DNA of 64,000 nucleotides from a virus. Lineage: Duplodnaviria > Heunggongvirae > Uroviricota > Caudoviricetes. The notes beneath the pieces are model-generated. The model saw nothing but the letters and a program-made list of their open reading frames with translations, was not told where the DNA came from and did not search any database. Location: IMG/VR virus record IMGVR_UViG_3300045993_000138. One strand, 5' to 3'. Below, piece after piece: positions 63,373-64,000 of this stretch (the first letter of the stretch is position 1; the number at the start of each line of letters is the position of its first letter). A program made the translations under genes and the position numbers.

Positions 63373-64000
63373 TGGCATACGCAAATATACCTAATGTTAC
63401 ATTAGCAAACACCTTTGATCATTGGAGAAATGATACAAATAGTCTAATCGACCTTGCTAACCTGATAGTCAAAGGAGATTTCCATAAAGAAACTGGAGAT
63501 TTCTTTCTTGACAACGGCACTCTCCATGTAAGTAGAAGTAATGGAACTGGCATTGCAGTTTCTTCCGATATTACTGTGGCTAATACTATTTGGGCAAACA
63601 ATATTGTTGTATCAAATGATCAAATAATTAACGGTCAGTGGTTGCTAACTTCCGAATCTGTAATACTCAGAAGCACACTGCCTTCCAATGGAAATGGATC
63701 TATTGTTGTTCAACAAGGTGGTTCAAATGGAAATGCTGTTATTCAATTTGACTCTGGACATAACATTTGGCAGCTAACTTCGAATTCAAGTAACACTTCT
63801 TTATGGTCAACGATATTGACCAAATCAAATGTATCTGATTCTGTAAACTCTACAAGTTCTATTAATGTAGCATCATCTTTAGCAGTAAACACTGCATATC
63901 ATGCAGCACAAACTGCGTGGTCATTAGCAGCTAATGCAGATCAAACTGCAACAGTAACTGCAAATGGTACTAGTGCCATGACCGCAGTTAAATTGAATTT
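63372..64000 (+). CDS. tail fibre/neck-associated structural protein (runs off window end)
   Basis: ATG 63372, NTFDHWR motif, frame open to window end. Confidence 0.7.
   Translation, partial: MAYANIPNVTLANTFDHWRNDTNSLIDLANLIVKGDFHKETGDFFLDNGTLHVSRSNGTGIAVSSDITVANTIWANNIVVSNDQIINGQWLLTSESVILRSTLPSNGNGSIVVQQGGSNGNAVIQFDSGHNIWQLTSNSSNTSLWSTILTKSNVSDSVNSTSSINVASSLAVNTAYHAAQTAWSLAANADQTATVTANGTSAMTAVKLN

Noticed and set aside
726-63601. Many minus-strand 60-200 aa ORFs opposite plus-strand genes
   Set aside because: Antisense shadows of real genes; the only supported minus-strand CDSs are 34962-35522 and the 39836-44656 block.

Overview
A 64 kb segment of a large T4-like myophage, probably infecting an Alphaproteobacterium (it carries a permuted two-piece tmRNA with an ANDN...AA tag). 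Layout: (1) 1-8300, many small early ORFs behind sigma70-type promoters that share an upstream TAAGT-N2-TTGAT motif. (2) 8300-13830, a methyltransferase/nucleotide-sugar block built around a RuBisCO-like (form IV) protein. (3) 14900-25200, a ~10 kb non-coding RNA island with roughly 36 near-canonical tRNAs, several atypical tRNAs, a type I hammerhead ribozyme, a minimal RNase P RNA lacking most of its specificity domain, circularly permuted tRNA mimics and several unassigned structured RNAs. (4) 25200-38000, HNH and GIY-YIG nucleases, an NMNAT-Nudix + NAMPT NAD salvage pair, PhoH, an exonuclease, tmRNA, an SleB hydrolase and GMP reductase. (5) 37800-64000, T4 core genes gp33, gp59 and gp32 and the baseplate/tail module (gp51, 26, 54, 2, 4, 48, 53, 5, 25, 6, 7, 8 and large virion proteins). 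The best candidates for new biology are the RNA island (own RNase P RNA, non-canonical T-loop tRNAs, permuted mimics, ribozyme) and the RuBisCO-like-protein operon. All calls are by eye; no database searches or folding programs were run.
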